Below are positions 9,320-17,286 of a stretch of DNA of 51,128 bases, piece by piece. Source of the DNA: a virus (Duplodnaviria; Caudoviricetes); IMG/VR virus record IMGVR_UViG_3300012232_000017, positions 1 through 51,128 of that record. The stretch is one strand, 5' to 3'. Below the pieces are notes generated by a model. The model searched no databases. It was given only the letters and a program-made list of their open reading frames with translations, and was not told the origin of the DNA. Within the stretch, counting starts at the first letter, position 1, and every line of letters begins with the position of its first letter. The translations under genes and the position numbers were made by a program.

Positions 9320-10976
9320 AGATTTCAGAAAGTAATTTACTTCTAATTTCTTCAAGAGTTGTTTTACGAACTAGTTTTCCATTAAGGAATACGGTTCTTA
9401 ACAATCCTTCTTGCTCTTGAGCATATGTTTGAGACTCAACACAGATAATATCTCCATCTGCATTATTTGTCACGCGCAATAAACCTTTCTTAGATTTTTT
9501 AGTACCATCATCTGTGATAGGATCTTTCCAAATTTTACGTTCTTCAGTTCTAAATCTGTCATTTAAACCCCTACCCATTACTTTATGAGAGATCTCACCA
9601 TAAGTAGCTTTCATAGCAAATCCAAATACATCACGTGTATTATATTGATATGTATAAGACCCAATTCCAAAGACTACATTTGTTGATGCAAATCCTTTAT
9701 CTTTAAGTCTTTGACAAATCTCTTCGGCACGTGATAACGTAATAGAATCGCCGTAGATCGCTCCAATATGAGAATCTAATACTCTATACCCTTGCTCACT
9801 TAATATGCCTCCAAAAGTGTTCCAAAGTATCTCTACGAGGCCAATATGCTGAGGTTCTGGATGGATTTCTTTCCAAGCAAAACTATTCTCGTTGACCTCA
9901 TCTTCAGATAGTATATAATACTTTCTTTCATTACGATATACTTTATTCCATCCTGTCATATTATCAGGATAAGCACTACCATTAGCATCGAAGTTTAAAT
10001 TACCTTCAACAGCTGTACCACATAGAATATCTATAGGATTACCACTATCAGGACGAATCACAAGCTTGCCATCGCGAGCCATAATTTTATCTTTTAGTTG
10101 TGGTAAAAATATAGTAGCAACATCCCAAAGATTCCACGTATCAGATACAATAGATAATGGTCCTTTAGGATATAATTCCATTAGTCGTCTAAATGTGAGT
10201 AATTCGTCTTCTTTGGTACCCATGCACATAACGCTATGCTCAGTTGCAGGAATACTAGAACCAATAAGCCCGCTGCCAAAATAGCTGTTTTCGAGTACAT
10301 AGATAGCAGGGATATTATCAGATCCAGTGAAAGACAATAAATGACCCATGCCACTAAGAACAGACGATTCAATAGAGGACATGCCTCGCATACTGAAGTC
10401 GTGACCTTGCCAATTAATGAACTCAATATTTGTTTCATCAGTTTCTAAAGCATATTTAGTTAAGATTTTCTTATACTCATGTGCAATAGTAGCTGAAGTC
10501 ATCGGCTGCCATAACATACAAGATAAGAGTGATTCTAAATAATTTACTAACCACGCAAAATCCGGATGTGTATTAGTAATTGTTAACATTGGCACACCTA
10601 TAGGACATAGTGTACCTTCTTCAAGCGCTTTAATTTCAATTGGTAAATATCCTAAATCCCATAAAGCCTCAATATGACTAGTATCTACGTTACAATGACG
10701 TTTATACTCTTCAATCAATTTGTGCTTTTTAGAGATGTTAGGCCATTTTTTATGAAATTCTCTTTCAATTTCACTACCAAAGAAATCTTTATTGAACAAG
10801 TCAATTAAATATTCTTGTACAAAATGTTGTATACCAAATGTTACAACTTCTTGAATACTATCTATTCTACTTGCTCTTGGAGTCCAGTTAGAATAGAGCT
10901 TGGTCATATTCTCAGGATACATCTTTGTATGATGTATTTTGTAGAAGTCCACCAATAATAACGGATTAATTTTCAT
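9306..10976 (-). CDS. nadV: Nicotinamide phosphoribosyltransferase-like protein (NadV; candidate Namat of NARP1)
   Basis: DFYKIHH, YSNWTPR, HDFSMRG, SIPATEHSVM, SIVSDTW, VIRPDSGNP, IYGDSIT, GIGSYTYQYNTRD and KDPITDDGTKKS motifs. Confidence 0.92.
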   Translation of the reverse strand: MKINPLLLVDFYKIHHTKMYPENMTKLYSNWTPRASRIDSIQEVVTFGIQHFVQEYLIDLFNKDFFGSEIEREFHKKWPNISKKHKLIEEYKRHCNVDTSHIEALWDLGYLPIEIKALEEGTLCPIGVPMLTITNTHPDFAWLVNYLESLLSCMLWQPMTSATIAHEYKKILTKYALETDETNIEFINWQGHDFSMRGMSSIESSVLSGMGHLLSFTGSDNIPAIYVLENSYFGSGLIGSSIPATEHSVMCMGTKEDELLTFRRLMELYPKGPLSIVSDTWNLWDVATIFLPQLKDKIMARDGKLVIRPDSGNPIDILCGTAVEGNLNFDANGSAYPDNMTGWNKVYRNERKYYILSEDEVNENSFAWKEIHPEPQHIGLVEILWNTFGGILSEQGYRVLDSHIGAIYGDSITLSRAEEICQRLKDKGFASTNVVFGIGSYTYQYNTRDVFGFAMKATYGEISHKVMGRGLNDRFRTEERKIWKDPITDDGTKKSKKGLLRVTNNADGDIICVESQTYAQEQEGLLRTVFLNGKLVRKTTLEEIRSKLLSEIYVDA

Positions 10977-11395
10977 TAGGCTTCGTTTGTTAAAGTTTGT
11001 CTTTTTTTAAATTCTTTGTAATTAAATATTGCTCGTTTAAGTATATTTATTGAACTTCTTAATCCACTTTTATCACATAAATTGATATTGTAGAAAATCT
11101 TACCAGTATTACCATAAGGCAATTCGATAGGATTCTTGTTAATAGTATCAATATTAATACCTATATTTGTACAATATTTGATAATTTCATTGTAACGTTC
11201 TTTTTCACTTGATGTAAAAATAACAACATAACATCCAAGTCTTTGAGCTCTTTTAACTAATTTAATAGTCCTAGCTCGGTCTCTACCATTATTAAATGCA
11301 TCCCATGGATATAAAGTATCATCATAATCAACTGCGATAATGATTTTACCATATTTAATCCATTCAGCAGTTAATCTGTTTGAATAAATACACAT
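10976..11395 (-). CDS. Small capless HAD-superfamily hydrolase
   Basis: Motif I IIAVDYDDTL, motif II VIFTS and motif III/IV GKIFYNINLCDKSG; TAATG-coupled to the Nampt-like gene. Confidence 0.7.
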   Translation of the reverse strand: MCIYSNRLTAEWIKYGKIIIAVDYDDTLYPWDAFNNGRDRARTIKLVKRAQRLGCYVVIFTSSEKERYNEIIKYCTNIGINIDTINKNPIELPYGNTGKIFYNINLCDKSGLRSSINILKRAIFNYKEFKKRQTLTNEA

Positions 11396-11400
11396 TTTTT

Positions 11401-11733
11401 TTAAATAATTAAATTAGCAATAATATAACCAAGCTTAATAGCTGTAAAAGCTCCTAAAGCGTAAGGTAATGGCATCATAATATAACGTCCCAATTTTGTG
11501 CTATACTTATCCCTATTCAAGATATAGGATAACATGTACGCGTACATTAAAAAGCAAATAAAAATGCCTAAATCTGATTTTAACACAATAAATGGGACCA
11601 TTACATTAGCACAAAAAGCATAAATAAAGTTTATAATAAATTCAAAGATTAATTCTTTAGGAGTTGTCTCTGCATCATAAACTTTAATTTTCTTATTTGT
11701 TATTTCAAAGAATCTATAAGTTTTACCAATCAC
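11401..11733 (-). CDS. Small membrane protein
   Basis: Three hydrophobic segments in 110 aa. Confidence 0.6.
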   Translation of the reverse strand: MIGKTYRFFEITNKKIKVYDAETTPKELIFEFIINFIYAFCANVMVPFIVLKSDLGIFICFLMYAYMLSYILNRDKYSTKLGRYIMMPLPYALGAFTAIKLGYIIANLII

Positions 11734-12158
11734 TATTCTTCTTCATTTTTTTCTTCTTCAACAGCTTTACCAGCAGCTCCAAGAGCTTGATGATAGCTTC
11801 TATTGATTTCGTCAATACCATCAATTTTATTGAATAACCTTGCAGCCATTCCATTGAATTCTTTCTTTTTAGCAAGTTCTAAATTATCAAGCTTTTTACG
11901 TTCTTCAGCTAATGATGTGTTTAATACAACATAACCTTTTAATAAAGCTTTTAATTCATCTTTAACTTGTTTAATAGTAGCTTCGCTTTCCTCTTTGAAA
12001 AGTTCATCTACTAATGTAGCCATATCATCTTTTTTTACCTTACTAGGTATTTTAAGATTTCCATTTACAATAGCCGCTAATTTTGCTTTTGTTTGGTCAA
12101 AGTTTGCTAATACTTTTTTAGCTTCTTTTCCTTGGTCTTGATTTTGCTCTTCGCTCAT
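11733..12158 (-). CDS. Coiled-coil hypothetical protein (probable start MSEEQ at 12158)
   Basis: Charged heptad-like helical sequence; the downstream ATG avoids overlap with the upstream ORF. Confidence 0.65.
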   Translation of the reverse strand: MSEEQNQDQGKEAKKVLANFDQTKAKLAAIVNGNLKIPSKVKKDDMATLVDELFKEESEATIKQVKDELKALLKGYVVLNTSLAEERKKLDNLELAKKKEFNGMAARLFNKIDGIDEINRSYHQALGAAGKAVEEEKNEEE

Positions 12159-12159
12159 C

Positions 12160-12624
12160 TTAGTTAAATTTAATGTTTTGTAATTTTTTATAATCAATTA
12201 ACCCACTTATATTCATAGGTGGTTCTGGACCTTGTTCTATATAAGATACAGGCCTCATATCGTGTAAATCGCTAAATTTCATAACGTCCATTCGTTTAAC
12301 ATATTTATCTAATGAAGACAAATATATATTAGCATTGGAACTAGACAAAGATATATTAAAATCTATATTAATAACTTTATAATCATTTATAGTTACTAAT
12401 GGATGATATATTCTAATATATCTATTGTAAGCTCCATATCCGAATTTATGTTTAAAAAATCTAGCTAAATAACTTCTAAATAAAGAAATCTTTTCATCAT
12501 ATCCAATTGGCTTTTGATTTTCTTTCCAATTAGACAAAACTCTATTACATTCTTTAATCGTGTTTTCAATGATGTACTTACAAGCATCATCATTAATTAA
12601 ACTTTTTTCGTCCACGTTTGACAA
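12160..12624 (-). CDS. Hypothetical protein
   Basis: 154-aa ORF in the operon. Confidence 0.6.
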   Translation of the reverse strand: MSNVDEKSLINDDACKYIIENTIKECNRVLSNWKENQKPIGYDEKISLFRSYLARFFKHKFGYGAYNRYIRIYHPLVTINDYKVINIDFNISLSSSNANIYLSSLDKYVKRMDVMKFSDLHDMRPVSYIEQGPEPPMNISGLIDYKKLQNIKFN

Positions 12625-12626
12625 AT

Positions 12627-12800
12627 TTAAAGTTCAAAAGAAATAGCCCCCAAATCATGCATTGTGGATTCAAATATATTACGAACCTCCTGCATAGATC
12701 TACGCTTTCCTCTGTCGGTATACATAACTTGTGGGTTTATTGCACAAATTTGTTTTGTACCGTCAGCAAATACATAAGTAACATTGTTAGCAATGTCCAT
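12627..12800 (-). CDS. Small hypothetical protein (57 aa, below the ORF-track cutoff)
   Basis: Manual translation MDIANNVTYVFADGTKQICAINPQVMYTDRGKRRSMQEVRNIFESTMHDLGAISFEL; TAATG-coupled to 12800..13123 and fills the gap exactly. Confidence 0.6.
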   Translation of the reverse strand: MDIANNVTYVFADGTKQICAINPQVMYTDRGKRRSMQEVRNIFESTMHDLGAISFEL

Positions 12801-13123
12801 TATGATTCCATTATGAAAGCAATAGCCGGACCACCTGGATAATCAAGATTTAAATTCTTTGGTAATCTCACACTTTTCTTGAATATCATCCAAGCTTCTG
12901 TACGTTGTTCTCTTGTGGCTAAATTACGCAATACAAGCTGATTCATAGCTTTCTTAAATGCGAAAAATCTACCCAATACCTTGTCATGTGCATCACCCAT
13001 GGCTCTTTTTACTGATGTTTCAACAAGTATCTCACCTGCTGAATTCTTTACTGTTATAAAGGTTTTCTGACGTTGATCACCTTTATACGCAAACGCAATT
13101 TGAATTTCTCCTAATTTTGTCAT
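12800..13123 (-). CDS. Hypothetical phage protein
   Basis: 107 aa; a DxHDKxxGRxxAFxKA-type motif common in phage proteins. Confidence 0.65.
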   Translation of the reverse strand: MTKLGEIQIAFAYKGDQRQKTFITVKNSAGEILVETSVKRAMGDAHDKVLGRFFAFKKAMNQLVLRNLATREQRTEAWMIFKKSVRLPKNLNLDYPGGPAIAFIMES

Positions 13124-13140
13124 AATAGTTTGGTTTTTGG

Positions 13141-13599
13141 TTATTTTTTGTTTTTAATATATTCATTAAACTCTGCATAATTTGTAACACCTAATGGTGC
13201 TAATAATTCTCTCCAAGTAAATTGAGAAAATTCCATTTGTCTATCAATACCTTCAAAAGCTGCTGAATGATATGGTATAAAACGTATTCTTCTCATACCA
13301 CTACAAGTACCTAAATGTACTTCAGCAATCTTATCGCCTTGCAAAGGTATCTTAGTAGTTAATAAATAATGCATCATCTTAGCTGGAGGAATAGGTCTAT
13401 AATATGTATTAACTAATTCCCATAAATCATCAAAGCTTCTATAAGCTCTACTACAATGTAAATCTGTACATCCAGGATCAAAATATGTATTATGTCCTCT
13501 AGCAAAATATGGATCTACACCACTTGTGTAGAATTGTTTAATAAAACCTCTTATTGTTCTTGGTCGCTTTTCTTGTGCAAATTTTACATATAATGCCAT
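13141..13599 (-). CDS. Hypothetical protein, paralog family member 4
   Basis: TYFDPGCTDLHCSRAYRSFDDL...TYY...TCSGMRR. Confidence 0.72.
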   Translation of the reverse strand: MALYVKFAQEKRPRTIRGFIKQFYTSGVDPYFARGHNTYFDPGCTDLHCSRAYRSFDDLWELVNTYYRPIPPAKMMHYLLTTKIPLQGDKIAEVHLGTCSGMRRIRFIPYHSAAFEGIDRQMEFSQFTWRELLAPLGVTNYAEFNEYIKNKK

Positions 13600-14333
13600 T
13601 ATACTTCTGTTTTTTGTTTAACTTCTTTTAATTCTCTTAAATACCAATCTTTTAATTGTTCCTCACTATTTATATATATCATATTAAATAGATCTCTCCA
13701 CTTATAAACTGATTTAAAATGTGCACAATCAATATTACCCCAAATTTGCCTTATAGACATTAGACCATTCGTATATCTAATACGTTGCATTGTAGAACAA
13801 TTAGATAATTGCTTTGGTATAACGCCTCTTTCAATATCTTCTAATCTTACATTCCACAACATTAACTTTTTAAATACTTCTCTTATATCTATCTCAGGAA
13901 AATATGTATCACACATAATCCATATATCATCAAAAGAACGCATTCTACCAGCAGAACATTGTTTAACTTGTTGATTTGTTTTTGTATCTATATAATATGT
14001 TTCACAAGTACGAATACCTCCAATTGCTTTTTGATATAAAATTCCAAATAATTCTTCAACAGTTTCTGGAGTTGATGGTAAATATATTCTGTTAGCATTA
14101 ACAATTACTGTTTTATCTTCACCTTCATATATTAAATCATTAACTTCATAACCATTTGTTCTACCATTATCCCATTTAACTGAATGCCAATCATCTTCAA
14201 TCTTAGTGATACTACCACCAACATCTTTAGGATTAGATTCAAGAGGACCTCCTTTATAAAATCTTGTATTAGGTATAATCTTGACACGATCACCTACTTT
14301 AAAAATTCTATATTCTATTAAGTTTTCTTTCAT
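13599..14333 (-). CDS. SH3/Mib-Herc2-like N-domain fused to the paralog family domain (member 5)
   Basis: FKVGDRVKI...VKWDNGRTNGY, then TYY...QCSAGRMRSFDDI...TYFPE...NCSTMQR. Confidence 0.7.
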   Translation of the reverse strand: MKENLIEYRIFKVGDRVKIIPNTRFYKGGPLESNPKDVGGSITKIEDDWHSVKWDNGRTNGYEVNDLIYEGEDKTVIVNANRIYLPSTPETVEELFGILYQKAIGGIRTCETYYIDTKTNQQVKQCSAGRMRSFDDIWIMCDTYFPEIDIREVFKKLMLWNVRLEDIERGVIPKQLSNCSTMQRIRYTNGLMSIRQIWGNIDCAHFKSVYKWRDLFNMIYINSEEQLKDWYLRELKEVKQKTEV

Positions 14334-14670
14334 ATTCTATTAATTTTCTTAAACAAGCTAATTCTGCTTCTTCATAAGTTCTAAAATTACTACCAAATGA
14401 TTTAGCTACAGAATCTCTATCTATTTTAATATATCCTCCATAAAACTTTCCTAAATCTTTATATTTTTCCATTATAGAAAAATCAATTCCTTTCTCTCTA
14501 AACCATCTAAAAGCTTGTTGGTATAAAATAGCTAAATGAGTTTTACCACATAAATGAAAAGAATCTCTAAGTAATAATTTATCTTTTGCAAAGAATCCTA
14601 AACAAGGTTCATCAAATCCTAATTCTTTTAAAGCTATTGCTTCTTCATAAAGTATAAAGTATTTTTCCAT
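14308..14670 (-). CDS. Conserved Bacteroidetes-phage hypothetical protein
   Basis: ALKELGFDEPC, LYQQAFRWFREK and TYEEAELACLRKLIE pattern. Confidence 0.7.
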   Translation of the reverse strand: MEKYFILYEEAIALKELGFDEPCLGFFAKDKLLLRDSFHLCGKTHLAILYQQAFRWFREKGIDFSIMEKYKDLGKFYGGYIKIDRDSVAKSFGSNFRTYEEAELACLRKLIEYERKLNRI

Positions 14671-14763
14671 AAACTAAGATGTTATAATTTCTTCGTTAAA
14701 CCATCCTTCAACCTCCATTACATCTAAATAATTTTCTTCCATAATCATTCAATTTAAATTAAT

Positions 14764-14812
14764 AAAAAAAAATGTGAGCTACTCATGCTATGTCAAACAC
14801 TTTCACCCACAT
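14764..14812 (-). terminator. Intrinsic terminator-like hairpin closing the tRNA-like cluster
   Basis: Minus strand ATGTGGGT...GCTCACAT followed by a long T run. Confidence 0.5.
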
Positions 14813-14854
14813 CTAAAAACTAACTAATAAATAAACACACAACAGAATTCATTT

Positions 14855-14927
14855 GCGGAATGGTGAGATTCAAACTCACATTCACCCAACGCCTAGTTGG
14901 GCATCTTTTCCTTTAGAAGACATTCCT
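14855..14927 (-). tRNA. Degenerate tRNA-Pro-like gene (anticodon AGG), possibly a pseudo-tRNA
   Basis: Cloverleaf: acceptor (A)GGAATG/CATTCC(G), D-arm TCT-AAAGGAAA-AGA, anticodon arm CCCAA-CTAGGCG-TTGGG, T-arm GTGAG-TTTGAAT-CTCAC. Deviations are A1:G72, U56, C37 and C73. Confidence 0.6.
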
Positions 14928-15001
14928 TGGTTTGTTGAGAGGCGCAGGTTCTCATCCTTCTGCAGACGAACGCAGGGTCTAAGCGAATCTCTCAACACGG
15001 T

Positions 15002-15068
15002 GACGATGTAGTCCTAAGAGTCGAACTTAGGCTACGGTGGTTTTACATATAAACTAAACTACATCATC
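15002..15068 (-). ncRNA. tRNA-like element lacking an anticodon arm
   Basis: 11-bp closing stem GATGATGTAGT/ACTACATCGTC, D-arm-like GTTT-ATATGTA-AAAC, 8-nt linker and T-arm CCTAAG-TTCGACT-CTTAGG. Confidence 0.6.
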
Positions 15069-15099
15069 TATGCACATTATAAAGTTGTACTTCTTTTAA

Positions 15100-15402
15100 T
15101 TAATACTTATTAGGAACAAGTTTTTGTTCTGATTTGTATATAACTTCTTTATTCCAAGTAAATGGAATATCACCTTTTGTAATTTTAACTCTTTCAGTTG
15201 ATTCCCAAACATATTGTTTCTTAAAATCTATGTTTGTATATGACTGATTAAGTTGAAGTAATTCTTTGTGACCTATTCTTGTGCTATCTGTATTCTCTTC
15301 AATTTCTAAATAATCCATGTCTTTATACCAATCAATTAGTATTAATATGAAAAACATAGCTATGATAACACCAATGTATCTTACTTTTAATTTGAATTCC
15401 AT
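15100..15402 (-). CDS. Membrane-anchored hypothetical protein
   Basis: N-terminal transmembrane helix. Confidence 0.6.
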   Translation of the reverse strand: MEFKLKVRYIGVIIAMFFILILIDWYKDMDYLEIEENTDSTRIGHKELLQLNQSYTNIDFKKQYVWESTERVKITKGDIPFTWNKEVIYKSEQKLVPNKY

Positions 15403-16163
15403 TTGAAAAAAGATTTTTTATCGATTAATGTTACAGCCACTATAGATATACTTATTAAAAATATTAATATACTATGCATACTACTTCCAAATATAACACA
15501 TAATACCCCTATTAAAAAGAATATTACTGGGAACAATAGAAAGAAATCTGTCGCTCTAACATAATACCAAAATAGATTTTTATCGCTTCCAGGTATCCCC
15601 CAGCTTGCGACTTCAATAAGCATATCTTCCTCCGAAATTCTGTGGTAGTTATCATGATGATAAGTCTCTCTATAGAATAGAGTTGCTGCTTTAACATTGG
15701 CTCCATTAATAGACTGAATTGACGTAAGCAAAAAGAAATGGCTCGCTTGAAGATTAATAGCAGATTTTTCAACGGATCTATCTTCATTTTTTTCTACAGT
15801 ATAAGTGTTTTCTTTAACAAACTCAAGAATCTTTTCTCCTACAATAACAGGAACTTCGTGTTGAAACTTATCAACTCTAATGATTTTATAACCATTAGTA
15901 GCACAATATCTTTTAATTTGTTCAGCAGAATATACATTTCTATTAAACTTTTGTTCTAATACTGTAAATCTCTGAACATCAGTTTGAGCTCTTTCAGCTT
16001 CACGAATTTTACTATCAAGCCCTATTTGTTTAAGTATCTTAATCTCTTCAGATTTCTCATTTGTTTGTAATAACAATAGAGTTTCAGATACTTTCTCAAC
16101 AGTTTTCGATCTATCCTTCTTAGACATCTTGTCTAATGTAAGGATGTTTTTATTTGGAACCAT
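15387..16163 (-). CDS. Hypothetical protein with two C-terminal TM helices
   Basis: 258 aa; soluble N-domain and hydrophobic C-terminus. Confidence 0.7.
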   Translation of the reverse strand: MVPNKNILTLDKMSKKDRSKTVEKVSETLLLLQTNEKSEEIKILKQIGLDSKIREAERAQTDVQRFTVLEQKFNRNVYSAEQIKRYCATNGYKIIRVDKFQHEVPVIVGEKILEFVKENTYTVEKNEDRSVEKSAINLQASHFFLLTSIQSINGANVKAATLFYRETYHHDNYHRISEEDMLIEVASWGIPGSDKNLFWYYVRATDFFLLFPVIFFLIGVLCVIFGSSMHSILIFLISISIVAVTLIDKKSFFKWNSN

Positions 16164-16759
16164 TACCTAATGTTTAAAGACATATAAACTTGATAAATAC
16201 TTTTCATAGCACCATATTCTGGATTCATAAATCCTGTCATCATATCTACAAAATGATAAGATGAATAACATGATGATACAACTGCAGTAATACCAAAAAT
16301 TACAGTTAATGCAATATTAGATTCTTTCATCTCCTGCTCTTCAGTCAATTCTTTCTTCATTACATTAAATTGTATGTAAAATCTATACCACAATATAACA
16401 GCACCTATAGTTAATAGTAAATAACACCAAGACCATACTTTTTGCTGTTTTACAAGTATGTCCCATACCTGATTAGTGGTCTTTTCGAGCTTATTAGCGA
16501 TCGCTACGATCATCTTTTTAGCTTCAGGTGTTAGATCCTTAACTATGTCTTTTGCGTCCGTATAAACAGTTGTAATGGCTTCCTTACCATCTCCATAAAC
16601 TGTAGATGTACCATCTTTTACTGTCTTACTAAAGCTCTTGCTTGGAGCAAATGCTTTAACAGTTTCTGCAGCCTTATTAACTGCATGTGTTGCCACCTTC
16701 TCTGCTTGTGCAGAGGCCATAAATCCTGATAACAGGAGTAAAGATAAAAATTTCCGCAT
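16163..16759 (-). CDS. Signal-peptide membrane protein
   Basis: Sec-type signal MRKFLSLLLLSGFMASAQA, an amphipathic helical region and two TM helices. Confidence 0.7.
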   Translation of the reverse strand: MRKFLSLLLLSGFMASAQAEKVATHAVNKAAETVKAFAPSKSFSKTVKDGTSTVYGDGKEAITTVYTDAKDIVKDLTPEAKKMIVAIANKLEKTTNQVWDILVKQQKVWSWCYLLLTIGAVILWYRFYIQFNVMKKELTEEQEMKESNIALTVIFGITAVVSSCYSSYHFVDMMTGFMNPEYGAMKSIYQVYMSLNIR

Positions 16760-16777
16760 ATTTATTAATTAAGATTG

Positions 16778-17068
16778 TTACAAACTCCTTAAATCCTTCC
16801 AAAAATTATCTTTTATATATAGAGGATTTAATACTATTACTACACTTCTATTCTTATTTGCAACTAAATATAGTACAAAGAATATAACATATACTCCAAT
16901 TGTCACTAAGAAAAATATAAATGACCATACAAATATAGGATCTGTAGTACTTAATATATACCATGTATTTAATCCATGATTTAACACAAATAGTTTCAAT
17001 ATCCAATATAATATTACTGGAAATAAGAAACATCTAAATAAAATAATTGCTAATCTACTAATTGTCAT
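16778..17068 (-). CDS. Small membrane protein
   Basis: Two TM segments. Confidence 0.55.
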   Translation of the reverse strand: MTISRLAIILFRCFLFPVILYWILKLFVLNHGLNTWYILSTTDPIFVWSFIFFLVTIGVYVIFFVLYLVANKNRSVVIVLNPLYIKDNFWKDLRSL

Positions 17069-17286
17069 ATTTATTTTTTAGTCGTTTTACAATAACAGTA
17101 TCTGGGTGATAAATCGAGGCAGATAACCACCCATTACTGTACTTTCTCTAGAATTATATGTCTAGATAACATTATGACTTGACTACTATTCTCGTGGCTA
17201 GTGCGAGACTACTAATAATAATAAAAGTACCAACGATTAGGTTTTTATTATATTCATAGGCGACCGTTTTACATAGTAGTCATTTT

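Noticed and set aside
9850-10030. Insertion in the Nampt-like protein as a mobile element
   Set aside because: It is a short in-frame variable loop after the RPDSG.P...CG motif, a position where phage Nampt-like proteins commonly vary; no splicing motifs.
14933-14997. Hammerhead or HDV-like (theta) ribozyme next to the tRNA
   Set aside because: No CUGANGA/GAAA core or HDV nested double pseudoknot could be built by eye; kept only as an unassigned structured RNA.
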